Assembly (NCBI RefSeq): GCF_964213995.1 | Contig: NC_135821.1 | Coordinates: forward strand, 39,618,001-39,682,000 | Origin: Mustelus asterias | Taxonomy: Eukaryota | Direction: 5' to 3' | DNA length: 64,000 nt | In this document: positions 1 through 11,869 of the stretch, one piece after another | How positions within the stretch are numbered: position 1 is the stretch's first letter | Layout: every line of letters begins with the position of its first letter | Notes under the pieces: model-generated | Database searches by the model: none | What the model saw: only the letters and a program-made list of their open reading frames with translations | What the model was told of the DNA's origin: nothing | Translations under genes and position numbers: made by a program

Positions 1-1201
1 GACACACGGAACAGCCATGGGGACCAAATTCGCACCTCAATATGCCAACATCTTCATGCACAGGTTCGAACAAGACTTCTTCACCGCACGGGACCTTCAA
101 CCGATGCTATACACTAGATACATCGATGACATTTTCTTCCTTTGGACTCATGGTGAACAATCACTGAAACAACTCTATGATGACATCAACAAGTTCCATC
201 CCGCCATCAGGCTCACCATAGACTACTCTCCGGAATCGGTTGCATTCTTGGACACACACATCTCCATTAAGGACGGTCACCTCAGCACCTCACTGTACCG
301 CAAGCCCACGGATAACCTCACGATGCTCCACTTCTCCAGCTTCCACCCGAAACACGTTAAAGAAGCCATCCCCTACGGACAAGCCCTCCGTATACACAGG
401 ATCTGCTCGGATGAGGAGGATCGCAACAGACACCTCCAGACGCTGAAAGATGCCCTCATAAGAACAGGATATGGCGCTAGACTCATTGATCAACAGTTCC
501 AACGCGCCACAGCGAAAAACCGCACCGACCTCCTCAGAAGACAAACACGGGACACAGTGGACAGAGTACCCTTCGTTGTCCAGTACTTCCCCGGAGCGGA
601 GAAGCTACGGCATCTCCTCCGGAGCCTTCAACATGTCATTGATGAAGACGAACATCTCGCCAAGGCCATCCCCACACCCCCACTTCTTGCCTTCAAACAA
701 CCGCACAACCTCAAACAGACCATTGTCCGCAGCAAACTACCCAGCCTTCAGGAGAACAGTGACCATGACACCACACAACCCTGCCACAGCAACCTCTGCA
801 AGACGTGCCGGATCATCGACACAGATGCCATCATCTCACGTGAGAACACCATCCACCAGGTACACGGTACATACTCTTGCAATTCGGCCAACGTTGTCTA
901 CCTGATACGCTGCAAGAAAGGATGTCCCGAGGCATGGTACATTGGGGAAACTATGCAGACGCTGCGACAACGGATGAATGAACACCGCTCGACAATCACC
1001 AGGCAAGACTGTTCTCTTCCTGTTGGGGAGCACTTCAGCGGTCACGGGCATTCGGCCTCTGATATTCGGGTAAGCGTTCTCCAAGGCGGCCTTCGCGACA
1101 CACGACAGCGCAGAATCGCTGAGCAGAAACTGATAGCCAAGTTCCGCACACACGAGGACGGCCTCAACCGGGATATTGGGTTCATGTCACACTATTTGTA
1201 A
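1..1201 (+). CDS. Penelope-like retroelement ORF (C-terminal RT + Cys-rich linker + GIY-YIG endonuclease), 5' part outside window
   Basis: Uninterrupted frame from window start: GTAMGTKFAPQYANIFM, RYIDDIFFLW (RT catalytic motif), LYRKPTD, HPKH..IPYGQALRIHRICS thumb, PCHSNLCKTC linker, NVVYLIRC..YIGET..LRQRMNEHR (GIY-YIG) and GLN near the end. The Cys-rich linker suggests the Neptune-type group. Confidence 0.95.
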   Translation, partial: THGTAMGTKFAPQYANIFMHRFEQDFFTARDLQPMLYTRYIDDIFFLWTHGEQSLKQLYDDINKFHPAIRLTIDYSPESVAFLDTHISIKDGHLSTSLYRKPTDNLTMLHFSSFHPKHVKEAIPYGQALRIHRICSDEEDRNRHLQTLKDALIRTGYGARLIDQQFQRATAKNRTDLLRRQTRDTVDRVPFVVQYFPGAEKLRHLLRSLQHVIDEDEHLAKAIPTPPLLAFKQPHNLKQTIVRSKLPSLQENSDHDTTQPCHSNLCKTCRIIDTDAIISRENTIHQVHGTYSCNSANVVYLIRCKKGCPEAWYIGETMQTLRQRMNEHRSTITRQDCSLPVGEHFSGHGHSASDIRVSVLQGGLRDTRQRRIAEQKLIAKFRTHEDGLNRDIGFMSHYL

Positions 1202-1405
1202 CTCCCACAGTTGCGTGGACCTGCAGAGTTTCACTGGCTGTCTTGTCTGGAGACAATACACATCTTTTTAGCCTGTCTTGATGCTCTCTCCACTCACATT
1301 GTTTTGTTTCTTAAAGACTTGATTAGTTGTAAGTATTCGCATTCCAACCATTATTCATGTAAATTGAGTCTGTGTCTTTATAAGCTCTGTTTGTGAACAG
1401 AATTC

Positions 1406-1450
1406 CCACTCACCTGAAGAAGGGGCTAAGAGCTCCGAAAGCTTGTGTGG
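1406..1450 (+). ncRNA. Minimal type-I hammerhead ribozyme in Penelope 3' end
   Basis: CAC-CTGAAGA(1414-1420)-A-GGGGC-TAAGA-GCTCC-GAAA(1437-1440)-GC-TT-GTG. Contains the CUGANGA and GAAA boxes, 5-bp stem II, CAC/GTG stem I, and palindromic AAGCTT in place of stem III. Confidence 0.8.
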
Positions 1451-1511
1451 CTTTTGCTACCAAATAAACCTGTTGGACTTTAACCTGGTGTTGTTAAACT
1501 TCTTACTGTGT

Positions 1512-2275
1512 TATACAACCTCACCATAACATTCCAACTCTTATACTCAATACTTTGATTTATAAAGGCCAATGTACCAAAAGCACTCTTTACGACCCTA
1601 TCTACCTGTGACGCCACTTTTAGGGAATTATGTATCTGTATTCCCAGATCCCTCTGTTCTAGTGCACTCTTCAGTGTCCTACCATTTACCTTGTATGTTC
1701 TACCTTGATTTGTCCTTCCAAAGTACAATACCTCACACTTGTCTGCATTAAACTCCATCTGCTATTTTTCAGCCCATTTTTTCTAGCTGGTCCAAATCCC
1801 TCTGCAAGCTTTGAAAACCTTCCTCACTGTCCACTACACCTCCAATCTTTGTATCATCAGCAAATTTGCTGATCCAATTTACCACATTATCATCCAGATC
1901 ATTGATATAGATAACAACCAACAATGGACCCAGCACTGATCCCTGTGGCACACCACTAGTCACAGGCCTCCACTCAGAGAAGCAATCCTCCACTACCACT
2001 CTCTGGCTTCTTCCATTGAGCCAATGTCTAATCCAATTTACTACCTCTCCATGTATACCTAGCGACTGAACCTTCCTAACTAACCTCCCATGTGGGACCT
2101 TGTCAAAGGCCTTACTGAAGTCCATGTAGACAACATCCACTGCCTTCCCTTCATCCACTTTCCTGGTAACCTCCTCGATAAACTCTAATAGATTGGTTAA
2201 ACATGACCTACCACGTACAAAGCCATGTTGACTCTCCCTACTAAGTCCCTGTCTATCCAAATATTTGTAGATCCT
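1512..2275 (-). mobile_element. CR1-clade LINE RT fragment
   Basis: SQHGFVRGRSCLTNL, YMDFSKAFDKVPH, SGVPQGSVLGP, KFADDTK, MEFNADKCEV. Confidence 0.95.
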
Positions 2276-2284
2276 AATGTGCAA

Positions 2285-2388
2285 TGAATGTACAAACTCC
2301 ACACAGACAATGACCCAAGCCGGGAATTGAACCCAGGTCCCTGGCGCTGTGAAGCAGCAGTGCTAACCACTGTGCTACCGTGCCGCCC
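2285..2388 (-). mobile_element. HE1/V-SINE tRNA-derived head fragment
   Basis: Reverse complement reads GGGCGGCACGGTAGCACAGTGGTTAGCACTGCTGCTTCACAGCGCCAGGGACCTGGGTTCAATTCCC (A/B boxes). Confidence 0.85.
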
Positions 2389-2547
2389 CAAATGCACCTT
2401 ACCTACACATCTTTGGATGTAAATCACTTTGGGATATCATGGAATGCATGATATAAATTCAAATTATCTTTTCTATTTTAGAGTTTTGTGTACCCACTTT
2501 TCCTAACTTTTTATTAAAGAGCTTGTTGAGGAACAGGAGTAAGCCAT

Positions 2548-2932
2548 TAAAAAAAAAAATATTCATTCATGGGGCATGGGCGCCACTGGCTGGCTAGCAT
2601 TCATTGCCATCCCTACTTGCCCTTGAACTAAGTGGCTTGCTAGTCCATTTCAGAGGGCATTTGAGAGTCAACCACATTGCTGTGGGTCTGGGGTCACATG
2701 TGGCCAGACCAGGTAAGGACGGCAGATTTCCTTCCCTAAAGGACATTAGTGAACCAGATGGGTTTTTCCGACAATCGACAATGGTTTCATGGTCATCAGT
2801 AGATTCTTAATTCCAGATTTATTTTTATTAAATTCAAATTCCGCCATCTGCCGTGGCGGGATTCGAACTCGGATCTCCAGAACATTAGCTGAGCTTCTGG
2901 GTTCATCGTCTAGCGATAATACCACTAGGCCA
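2548..2932 (-). mobile_element. Second tRNA-derived SINE family ('SINE-B')
   Basis: Shares GGCCTAGTGGTATT..GTTCGAATCCC head, AAAACCCATCTGGTTCACTAATGTCCTTTAGGGAAGGAAATCTGCC body and GGGATGGGCAATAAATGC-like tail plus A-tract with about ten other copies in the window. Confidence 0.85.
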
Positions 2933-3242
2933 TTGACTTGCCATTCAGCCCCTCAAGCCTATACCTCATTCAGACAGATCTGTATGTTGCCTTCACCAAC
3001 TTGCCTTGATACCATCATCCCCTGTCCTCCTGCAAACCAAATAATCTGTTAATCTCACTGCTAAAACTTTCAGGTCACCGAGGTTTTGGCGGGAAATGTT
3101 CCAAATTTCAACGACTACCCTTTGTGTGGTTCCTAATGTCACCTCAGAACCCCCAAGCTCTAGTTTGAAATTAATGCACTCTTTTCCCCTCCTCCAACCC
3201 GGAGGAAATCATTCTCTTTATCTACCTTACTATATTCTTTCA

Positions 3243-3555
3243 CAGTTACTGGTGCAGAAGCAGGCCATTCGGTCCATTGAGCCTGCACCGACAACAATCC
3301 CACCCAGGCCCTATCCCTGTAACCCCACGTATTTGCCCTGCTAATCCCCCTGACACAAAGGGGCAATTTAGCATGGCCGATCAACCTGACCTGCACATCC
3401 TTCGACTGGGGGGGATCCGGAGCACCCGGAGGAAACCCACGCAGACATGGGGAGAACGTGCAAACCCCACACAGACTGTGACCCGAGGCCGAATTGATCC
3501 CAGACCCCTGGTGCTGTGAGGCAGCGGCGCTAACCACTGTGCCACAGTGCCGCCC
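3243..3555 (-). mobile_element. HE1/V-SINE, CR1-type tail
   Basis: tRNA head, V-core (CTCCCC.TGTCTGCGTGGGTTTCCTCCGGGTGCTCCGG) and GAATGGCCT.CTTCTGCAC tail. Confidence 0.9.
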
Positions 3556-3754
3556 ATCATCTCAATGGGATCACCCCTTGGTCTGTATACTCAAAAGGAA
3601 TACAGACACTCTCAATGTAATTTGTTTTAATTATTGAATCTTATTAGTGTCTGGCTGCACGATACCCCCTCAAAAATTCATATATTCTTTCTGAGGATGG
3701 CACAGAGAAGTGAATACAGCATTCATTGTCAAAAAGATCAAAAATAGATTTAGT

Positions 3755-4063
3755 GGGTGGCACGGTGGCAGGCATTGCTGTCTCACAGTGCCAGGGACCC
3801 AGGTTCATTCCCGGCCTTGGATGACTGTCTCTGTGGAGTTTACACATTCTTTCTGTATCTGTGTGGGTTTCCTCTAGGTGATCCGGTTTCCTCCCACAGT
3901 CCAAAGATGTGTGGGTTAAGTGGATTGGCTGTGTTAAATTAACCTTAGTGTCAGGGGGATTAGCAGGATAAATATGTGGGGATAGGGCCTGGGTGAGATT
4001 GTTGTCTGTGCAGGCTCAATGGGTTGAATGGCCTCCTTCTGCACTGTAGGGATGCTATGATTC
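3755..4063 (+). mobile_element. HE1/V-SINE, CR1-type tail
   Basis: Same head/core/tail as above on the + strand. Confidence 0.9.
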
Positions 4064-4102
4064 TAGGTGTACAAATTTGACCATGGGTCGAAAGCAAGGT
4101 AG

Positions 4103-4519
<417 letters not shown>

Positions 4520-4804
4520 TAGATCTACACTTGATTGTTTGTCGCGTAATTGGATTTCCGGATACTGTCTTCTTCCAGCTAAGTGTGTGATTAGCAACTG
4601 GATATTATTGTTATGGAATATTCAGATGTATAATTTTGTCTGATAGAATTTTGCATAAAGGGACCGTTTTAAACTTTTAGTAGCAGGAGAATTGTGGAAC
4701 GATTGTAGATTTGGCCCAGGTTCAATTCTCTGTACAGCCAATTGTGAATTTTCACAACCTTTAGATGAAAGTGATGTCTCTGTTGCCCCGTGTTGCCTCT
4801 GCAG

Positions 4805-4998
4805 GTGATTAAAGCAGTTGAAGAAGGGTTCCGTCTCTCTGCTCCCATGAACTGCCCTTCCAGGCTCCACCAGCTCATGCTGGAGTGTTGGCAGAAGGAT
4901 CGCAACGACCGGCCCAAATTTGCACAGATCCTGAGCATCCTTAGCAAGATGGGTTGCAATCCTGACAGCCTGAAAGCCATCCCCAACGGCTGCCACAG
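4805..4998 (+). CDS. EPHA10: Eph receptor exon (kinase subdomain XI and end of kinase)
   Basis: ctctgcAG|GTG..CACAG|GTAAAT, 194 nt, phase 0/2. Encodes [64 protein letters not shown]; GFRL and SILSKM resemble EphA10. Confidence 0.9.
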
Positions 4999-5829
4999 GT
5001 AAATGCCAAGCAGAGTCTCGTGCCCCTTGCCTAAGCTCGTGTCTAACTGATCGGATTGGACCTTGGGCTGGTCGTACGATGGTTCGCAGTGTTTTATTTA
5101 TGAACTTTTTTACTGGAGATGACGGAACTACACTGCATGCAGATTTCACCATTAAAGTCCCCTTGTGATTCTCTAATCATCCACCATCTGCTCCGTCTTA
5201 ATAGCATCGAACTTGATATTTGTGGATGTAACATCTGCCTCGGGTAGTAACGTATCAACTATATTTTAAATGTAAATGACTTCAGAATCAACACACGGTC
5301 TCCTCTTCAACTTTATGCTCAGAAACATGAAAGATAAATATAAAAGAGACTACTTTGTATACATTTGTGTTCCTTAATCCTTTGAGAGCCTTCGACTGAT
5401 CTTGCTACCAGGGTTTTAATCCAGCCCGGACAGATAAAAGGTTTCATTTTTAATTGATACGGTATAAGTTTGTGAGGTGTTTGGAAAGTCTCCTGACAGG
5501 GTACCTTTATAAATGAAAGTTCAAAAGCACCAAACATTGCACTGTTGAGCATAAAACATCACGCATTCAACAGCCTCATTCAGACGAGCCACAAGGACAT
5601 TGGTCTTAGAAAGAAGCAATTCTTTTTGTGAATGTATGAATTAGGAGCATTAGGAGTTCTCCTGAATAATTGTTTAAAACATTAATGAAGATGCTAAAGG
5701 GTTTTTTTTTCACCTTGAATCAGGTCCATGATCTGGGACTGCTTAATGAGATATGTCATCCAGCATTTTCGTTGTCCTGCACTTGATTTGACAGCACTTC
5801 ACACGGACAACAAGTATCTATAAGTGGAC

Positions 5830-5970
5830 CTGGGGTCAATTCTGGCCTCGGGTCACTGTCTGTGTGGAGTTTGCACATTCTCCCCGTGATTGCGTGGGTT
5901 TCCTCCGGGTGTTCTGGTTTCCTCACACACTCCAAAGATGTGCGGATTAGGTGGATTGGTCATGCTAAAT
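5830..5970 (+). mobile_element. HE1/V-SINE 5' half, split by a CR1 insertion (3' half at 8868-9000)
   Basis: V-core ends CATGCTAAAT at 5970 and resumes TAAATTGCCCCTT at 8868. Confidence 0.85.
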
Positions 5971-8867
5971 GAGGACCTGACTGGGCCTGGAGGTCTGGAG
6001 TGCATCTGCTTCAATGCGAGGAGTGTAACGGGTAAAACAGACGAACTTAGGGCCTTAATGCTTGTGCGGAATTTGGATGTGGTTGCGGTGACGGAAACTT
6101 GGTTAAAAGAAGGACAGGACTGGCAGCTGAATATTCCGGGGTATAAGTGTTTTAGGCGAGACAGAGGAGGGGCTAAAAAAGGTGGGGGAGTAGCGATATT
6201 AGTTAAGGAGCATATTACCGCGGTGCAGAGGGTAGACAACTTAGAGGGGTCATGTACTGAGTCGCTGTGGGTGGAACTCAGAAACAGGAAGGGTGCAGTC
6301 ACTATGCTGGGGGTGTACTACAGACCACCCAACAGCCCACGGGAAGTGGAGGAAAGGATATGTCAGGAGATTCTGGATAGGTGCAGAAAACATAGGGTTG
6401 TTGTAGTGGGGGACTTTAATTTCCCTGGCACAGACTGGAAAGTGCTTAGAGCTGGGGGACCGGACGGGGAGGAATTTGTAAAATGCGTACTGGAAGGTTC
6501 TTTGGAACAGTATGTAGATAGCCCGACTAGAGAGGGGGCTATACTGGACCTAGTTCTGGGAAATGAGCCCGGTCAGGTCGTCAAAGTTTCGGTAGGGGAA
6601 CATGTGGCAAATAGTGACCACAACTCTGTTAACTTTAGGATAGTGATGGACAAGGATGAGTGCTGTCCTACGGGCAGGGTGCTAAATTGGGGGAAGGCTG
6701 ACTATAGCCGGATTAGGCAGGAATTGGTGGATGTTGATTGGGAGAGGATGTTCGAGGGTAAGTCCGCGTCTGGCATGTGGGAGTCTTTTAAGGAACTATT
6801 GATAAGGCTGCAGGATAGGCATGTGCCTGTAAAAAGGAAAGATAGGAAAGGTAGGATTCGAGAGCCGTGGATAACCAGGGAAATTGAGGATCTGATTAAA
6901 ATGAAAAGGGAGGCGTACGTTAAGTCCAGGCAACTGAAAACAGATGGAGCTCTGGAGGAATACAGAGAGAGTAGGAAAGATCTCAAACGGGGAGTTAGAA
7001 GGGCAAAAAGAGGTCACGAGATGTTCTTGGCAGGCAGGATTAAGGAGAATCCTAAGGCATTCTATTCATACGTTAGGAACAAAAGAGTTGTCAGGGAGAA
7101 AATCGGACCTCTCAGGGACAAAGGAGGGGAATTATGCTTAGAACCCAAGGGAATAGGGGAGATCCTAAATGAATACTTTGCATCGGTATTCACGAAGGAG
7201 AGGGGCATGTTAACCGGGAGTGTCTCGGAGGGAGGTGTTGACCCGTTAGAGAAAATCTCCATTACAAGAGAGGAAGTGTTAGGTCTTTTAGGGAACATTA
7301 AAACTGACAAAGCCCCAGGGCCTGATGGCATCTATCCTCGACTGCTCAGGGAGACAAGAGGTGAAATTGCTGGGCCTCTGACGGAAATCTTTGTCGCTTC
7401 TTTGGACACGGGTGAGGTCCCTGAGGATTGGAGGATAGCGAATGTGGTCCCGTTGTTTAAGAAGGGTAGCAGGGATAACCCAGGAAATTATAGGCCGGTG
7501 AGCTTGACGTCCGTGGTAGGGAAGTTGTTGGAGAGGATTCTTAGAGACAGGATGTATGTGCATTTAGAACGGAACAATCTCATTAGTGACAGACAACATG
7601 GTTTTGTAAGAGGGAGGTCGTGCCTTACAAATTTGGTGGAGTTTTTTGAGGAAGTGACAAAAACGGTTGATGAAGGAAGGGCCGTGGATGTCGTCTATAT
7701 GGATTTCAGTAAGGCATTTGACAAAGTCCCACATGGCAGGTTGGTTAAGAAGGTTAAGGCTCATGGGATACAAGGAGAAGTGGCTAGATGGGTGGAGAAC
7801 TGGCTTGGCCATAGGAGACAGAGGGTAGTGGTCGAAGGGTCTTTTTCCGGCTGGAGGTCTGTGACCAGTGGTGTTCCGCAGGGCTCTGTACTGGGACCTC
7901 TGCTATTTGTGATATATATATAAATGATTTGGAAGAAGGTGTAACTGGTGTAATCAGCAAGTTTGCGGATGACACGAAGATGGCTGGAATTGCGGATAGC
8001 GAAGAGCATTGTCGGGCAATACAGCAGGATATAGATAGGCTGGAAAATTGGGCGGAGAGGTGGCAGATGGAATTTAATCCGGATAAATGCGAAGTGATGC
8101 ATTTTGGAAGAAATAATGTAGGGAGGAGTTATACAATAAATGGCAGAGTCATCAGGAGTATAGAAACACAGAGGGACCTAGGTGTGCAAGTCCACAAATC
8201 CTTGAAGGTGGCAACACAGGTGGAGAAGGTGGTGAAGAAGGCATATGGTATGCTTGCCTTTATAGGACGGGGTATTGAGTATAAAAGCTGGAGTCTGATG
8301 ATGCAGCTGTATAGAACGCTGGTTAGGCCACATTTGGAGTACTGCGTCCAGTTCTGGTCGCCGCACTACCAGAAGGACGTGGAGGCATTGGAGAGAGTGC
8401 AGAGAAGGTTTACCAGGATGTTGCCTGGTATGGAGGGTCTTAGCTATGAGGAGAGATTGGGTAGACTGGGGTTGTTCTCCTTGGAAAGACGGAGAATGAG
8501 GGGAGATCTAATAGAGGTATACAAGATTATGAAGGGTATAGATAGGGTGAACAGTGGGAAGCTTTTTCCCTGGTCGGAGGTGACGATCACGAGGGGTCAC
8601 GGGCTCAAGCTGAGAGGGGCGAAGTATAACTCAGACATCAGAGGGACGTTTTTTACACAGAGGGTGGTGGGGGCCTGGAATGCGCTGCCAAGTAGGGTGG
8701 TGGAGGCAGGCACGCTGACATCGTTTAAGACTTACCTGGATAGTCACATGAGCAGCCTGGGAATGGAGGGATACAAACGATTGGTCTAGTTGGACCAAGG
8801 AGCGGCACAGGCTTGGAGGGCCGAAGGGCCTGTTTCCTGTGCTGTACTGTTCTTTGTTCTTTGTTCT
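5971..8867 (+). mobile_element. 5'-truncated young CR1 LINE with essentially complete ORF2 (APE + RT), one frameshift
   Basis: CFNARS..VTETWL..GDFN..SDHN (APE); NYRPVSLTS, QHGF, DFSKAFD, GVPQGSVLGP, FADD (RT). Frameshift in (TA)n at ~7912-7922, 3' (TTCTTTG)n tail, TAAAT duplication at 5966-5970 and 8868-8872. Confidence 0.97.
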
Positions 8868-9019
8868 TAAATTGCCCCTTATTATCAGGAGGATTAGAAG
8901 GATAAATATATGGAGTTACAGGGATAGGACCTGGGTGGAATTGTTGTTGGTGTAGGCTCGATGGACCAAATGGCCTCCTCCTGCTCTGTAGATTCTATGA
9001 AAGCATGTGGGACCAGTAA

Positions 9020-9355
9020 GGTGATGGCATAGTGGTATTGTCATTGGATTAGTAATCTAGAGACCCAGGGTAATGCTCTGGGGACCTGGGTTCAAATCCC
9101 ATCACGGCAGATGGTGAAGTTTGAACTCAGTCTGGGATTAAAAAGTCTTATGATGACCATGAGACTGTTGTTGTAAAAACCCATCTGGTTCACTAATGCC
9201 CTTAAGGAAAGGAAATCTGCCGTCCGTAACCGGTCTGGCCTACATGTGTCTCCAACCCACAGCAATGTGGTTGCCTCTTAAATGCCCTCTGAACAAGGGA
9301 TGGGCACAAAAAGGAGGCCTAGCCTGCGATGCCCATGTCTCATGAAGGTATTAAA
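9020..9355 (+). mobile_element. SINE-B copy
   Basis: GGCATAGTGGTATTG..GGTTCAAATCCC head, CCCATCTGGTTCACTAATG body. Confidence 0.8.
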
Positions 9356-10004
9356 AACAATGACCTCACTCCCTCATGCGCAGACGTTAACAGATGAGTG
9401 AATCTTAATCACTGGAAACAGCTTGATATTTGTGATTTATTCATGACCTATCAGATGGTACAGTGCTCACCATGCGAGCAGATTCAGCAATGCCCCCTCC
9501 CCTGACCGACAGCAGGGCATCACTCGCCCCCTCCTTCACCCCCAGTCGGGTGTGTTGTCTGCATCTCTCTTCCACCCTCCTCCCCACCCCTCTCCCTTCC
9601 TTCCTTACCCTTGCCTTTGGTGGTGAATGAAAAATGCTCCCGTTGGGACCATTTTGTTTTACGGTTAAGTAGAACATTTTTGTTGATGGGAAATAATTCG
9701 GGAACAAATTGTACTTGGGGAGAAATGTTTGAGTACTTGATTATGTGTTTTCTGTTTCCATTATTCACCAATTAGATTGAAACACTTAACCTGATGAGGA
9801 AAATAAATTGACTTCATGGCTCAAAAAATATGATATTAAACACAGATACAAGAAATCATGTTGTAATGAGGTTAAATGGGGGCAATTTAACTGTCATCTT
9901 ACTCCCCCATCATCACGGTGACATTGTAGATAGTTTTGACTGTAACAATCCATGTGGTTGGTGATGAGGTCACTAGAGTATTAAAGATTGCGACATAACC
10001 TCAT

Positions 10005-10580
10005 GAGAACCAGGAGCAGAGTAGGCCATTTGGCCCATCCAGCCTGCTCGCCATTCAATAAGGTCATGGCTGATCTACTGGTGGTCTTACTTCCCCTTCC
10101 CTACCTACCCCCACTCATAACCCTTCATCCCTTTGCAAATCAAAAATGTGTCGAACCCAGCCTTAAATATATCTAATTATCCAGTCTCCACTGCTCCAAA
10201 CACACTCTGAGGGAAGAAATTCCTCCTCACCTCTGTCTTGTGATCCCTTACTTTTAAACTCTGACCCTTGGTTCCAGATTCCCAAAGGGAATCCTCTCCG
10301 CACCTACCCTGTCAATTCCCCTCAGAATTGAATGTTTCAAAAAGATCACCTATCATTCTTCTCATCTCCAACAGGTATTGGCCCCAACAGCTCTACTTTT
10401 TCTCATAAAACACCCTTTCGTCCCAGGAATCCTCTGCGTAAAGCTTCTCTGAGCTGCTCATAATGCAAGCATCACCCTCCTTAAATAAGGTGACCAAAAC
10501 TGTACACAGTATCCTGGCCTTGGTCTCACCAATGCTCTGTACAGTTCTAGCATAATTTCCCTACTCTCTTACCAATCACC
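10005..10580 (-). mobile_element. Decayed CR1 3' end
   Basis: AGGAGCAGAGTAGGCCATTTGGCCC tail and GACCAAAACTGTACACAGTA (YCVQFWSP on minus). Confidence 0.8.
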
Positions 10581-10673
10581 TTTTCTCTCTTCCTACCATT
10601 CCTCTTCAAACTGTCCTCATCCACTGTCACTCCTCCTATTCTCACTCCCCCTCATAGTTCCTCCCTGTCCCCT

Positions 10674-10752
10674 CTCTCTCCCCTCACTCGCCGTCTCTCT
10701 CCCCTCATTCGCCGTCTCTCTCCCCTCATTCGCCGTCTCTCTCCCCTCACTC
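10674..10752. repeat. 21-bp minisatellite (CTCTCTCCCCTCAYTCGCCGT) x~3.7
   Basis: Direct tandem repetition visible. Confidence 0.9.
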
Positions 10753-11361
10753 CTGGTCTATTTCTCCTCAATTCAACTTACTCATTCCTCTCAGCTTCTC
10801 TCTCTTGATGCTTGTTGTGTCTCTTGACTCTCTGTTTCTGTGCATGCCTTACTTTTCCCTCTGCATTACATTGTCTGTCACTCACTATCTATTGGCAGCG
10901 CAGCCTCTGGCAGACCGGACTCTAACCCTCTTTAAAGTTTAGCTTGGAGGGAACGAAAGCGCTTGGCTATGTTGCCCGGTCTTTAGCGAAAGATCCTTTG
11001 CAGACATTTTTTCTGTATTTCTTATGAAAGAAAAGCCTCACATTGCTCAGTGGTTTGCTGCTTGATGTGCGGGACAGGTCATTTTTGTGACACTGATGGT
11101 GCAGGACAGGTCATTTTCGAACACTTGTGCTGACTGAACTACTTTACAGAACTGAGCTGAAATCTGTCAGAATTATTTCATCTCAAATACGGCTGGGAGG
11201 AATGTGTCATATTCCTCCACTTGCCTTGTCACTGATTTCCACATGATCATCATCAGACTGAGCTTCAGATGCATGCCACCCCACCCCCCATTCCATCAGT
11301 CACTATGGTCACATTGCTCTCACTGCCTCTATCAGCAGCAGCCGAGAATGTGGAGCTGAGT

Positions 11362-11627
11362 TTAAAGTTTTATTTATTAGCGTCGGAAGTAGCCTTACAT
11401 TAACACTGCAATGAAGTTACTGTGAAAATCCCCCAGTCGCCACATTCTGGCGTCTGTTTGGGGACACTGAGGGAGAATTTAACACGGCCAATGCAACTAA
11501 CCAGCACGTCTTCCGGACTTCTCCGGGGGAGAACGTGCAGACTCCGCACAGAGAGTGACCCAAGCCGGGAATTGAGTCCTGGTCCCTTGTGCTGTGAGGC
11601 AGCATTACTAACCACTGTGCCACCATC
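11362..11627 (-). mobile_element. HE1/V-SINE with alternative tail ('tail B')
   Basis: Head plus AAATTCTCCCTCAGTGT..GTGGCGACTGGGGGATTTTCACAGTAACTTCATTGCAGTGTTAATGTAAG..AATAAATAAAACTT on minus. Confidence 0.85.
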
Positions 11628-11869
11628 CTACCTAGGTTGCAAACAGATCTGCCATGATCTTATTGAATGGTGGAGCGGGCTCGAGTGACCTACTCCTGCC
11701 ACTAATTTCTATGTCTGTAGCTACTGGAGCTCTTCTACACTTACTGGTTACCTCATGATTTGACTTTCAACTCTACCAAAGCCTGGACCTAACCTGAACT
11801 AAATCCAGTTCATCCATCAGTCCTTCTTTCTCTAATTTCCCTGTCACCTAAATGATGAGATTTTTTTTT

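Larger units (their letters stand above)
1..1511 (+). mobile_element. Penelope-like element (3' part incl. 3' UTR/pLTR) abutting a minus-strand CR1 fragment
   Basis: ORF above, then a 3' UTR with hammerhead core, AATAAA (1463-1468) and terminal CCTGTTGGACTTTAACCTGGTGTTGT..ACTTCTTACT shared with the copy at 24450-24495. CR1 RT sequence starts immediately after ~1511. Confidence 0.9.

Noticed and set aside
5890-5970. N-terminal extension of the 677-aa ORF (MRGFPPGVLVSSHTPKMCGLGGL...)
   Set aside because: It is HE1 SINE sequence that happens to be in frame with the inserted CR1 ORF2; not a real fusion gene
9455-9549. Possible cassette exon (RWYSAHHASRFSNAPSPDRQQGITRPLLHPQS)
   Set aside because: Weak acceptor; the better donor gives 95 nt (frameshift) and the frame-preserving donor GTCGGG is poor
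9791-9830. CTGATGAG hammerhead-like box
   Set aside because: No stem II and no correctly placed GAAA/UH
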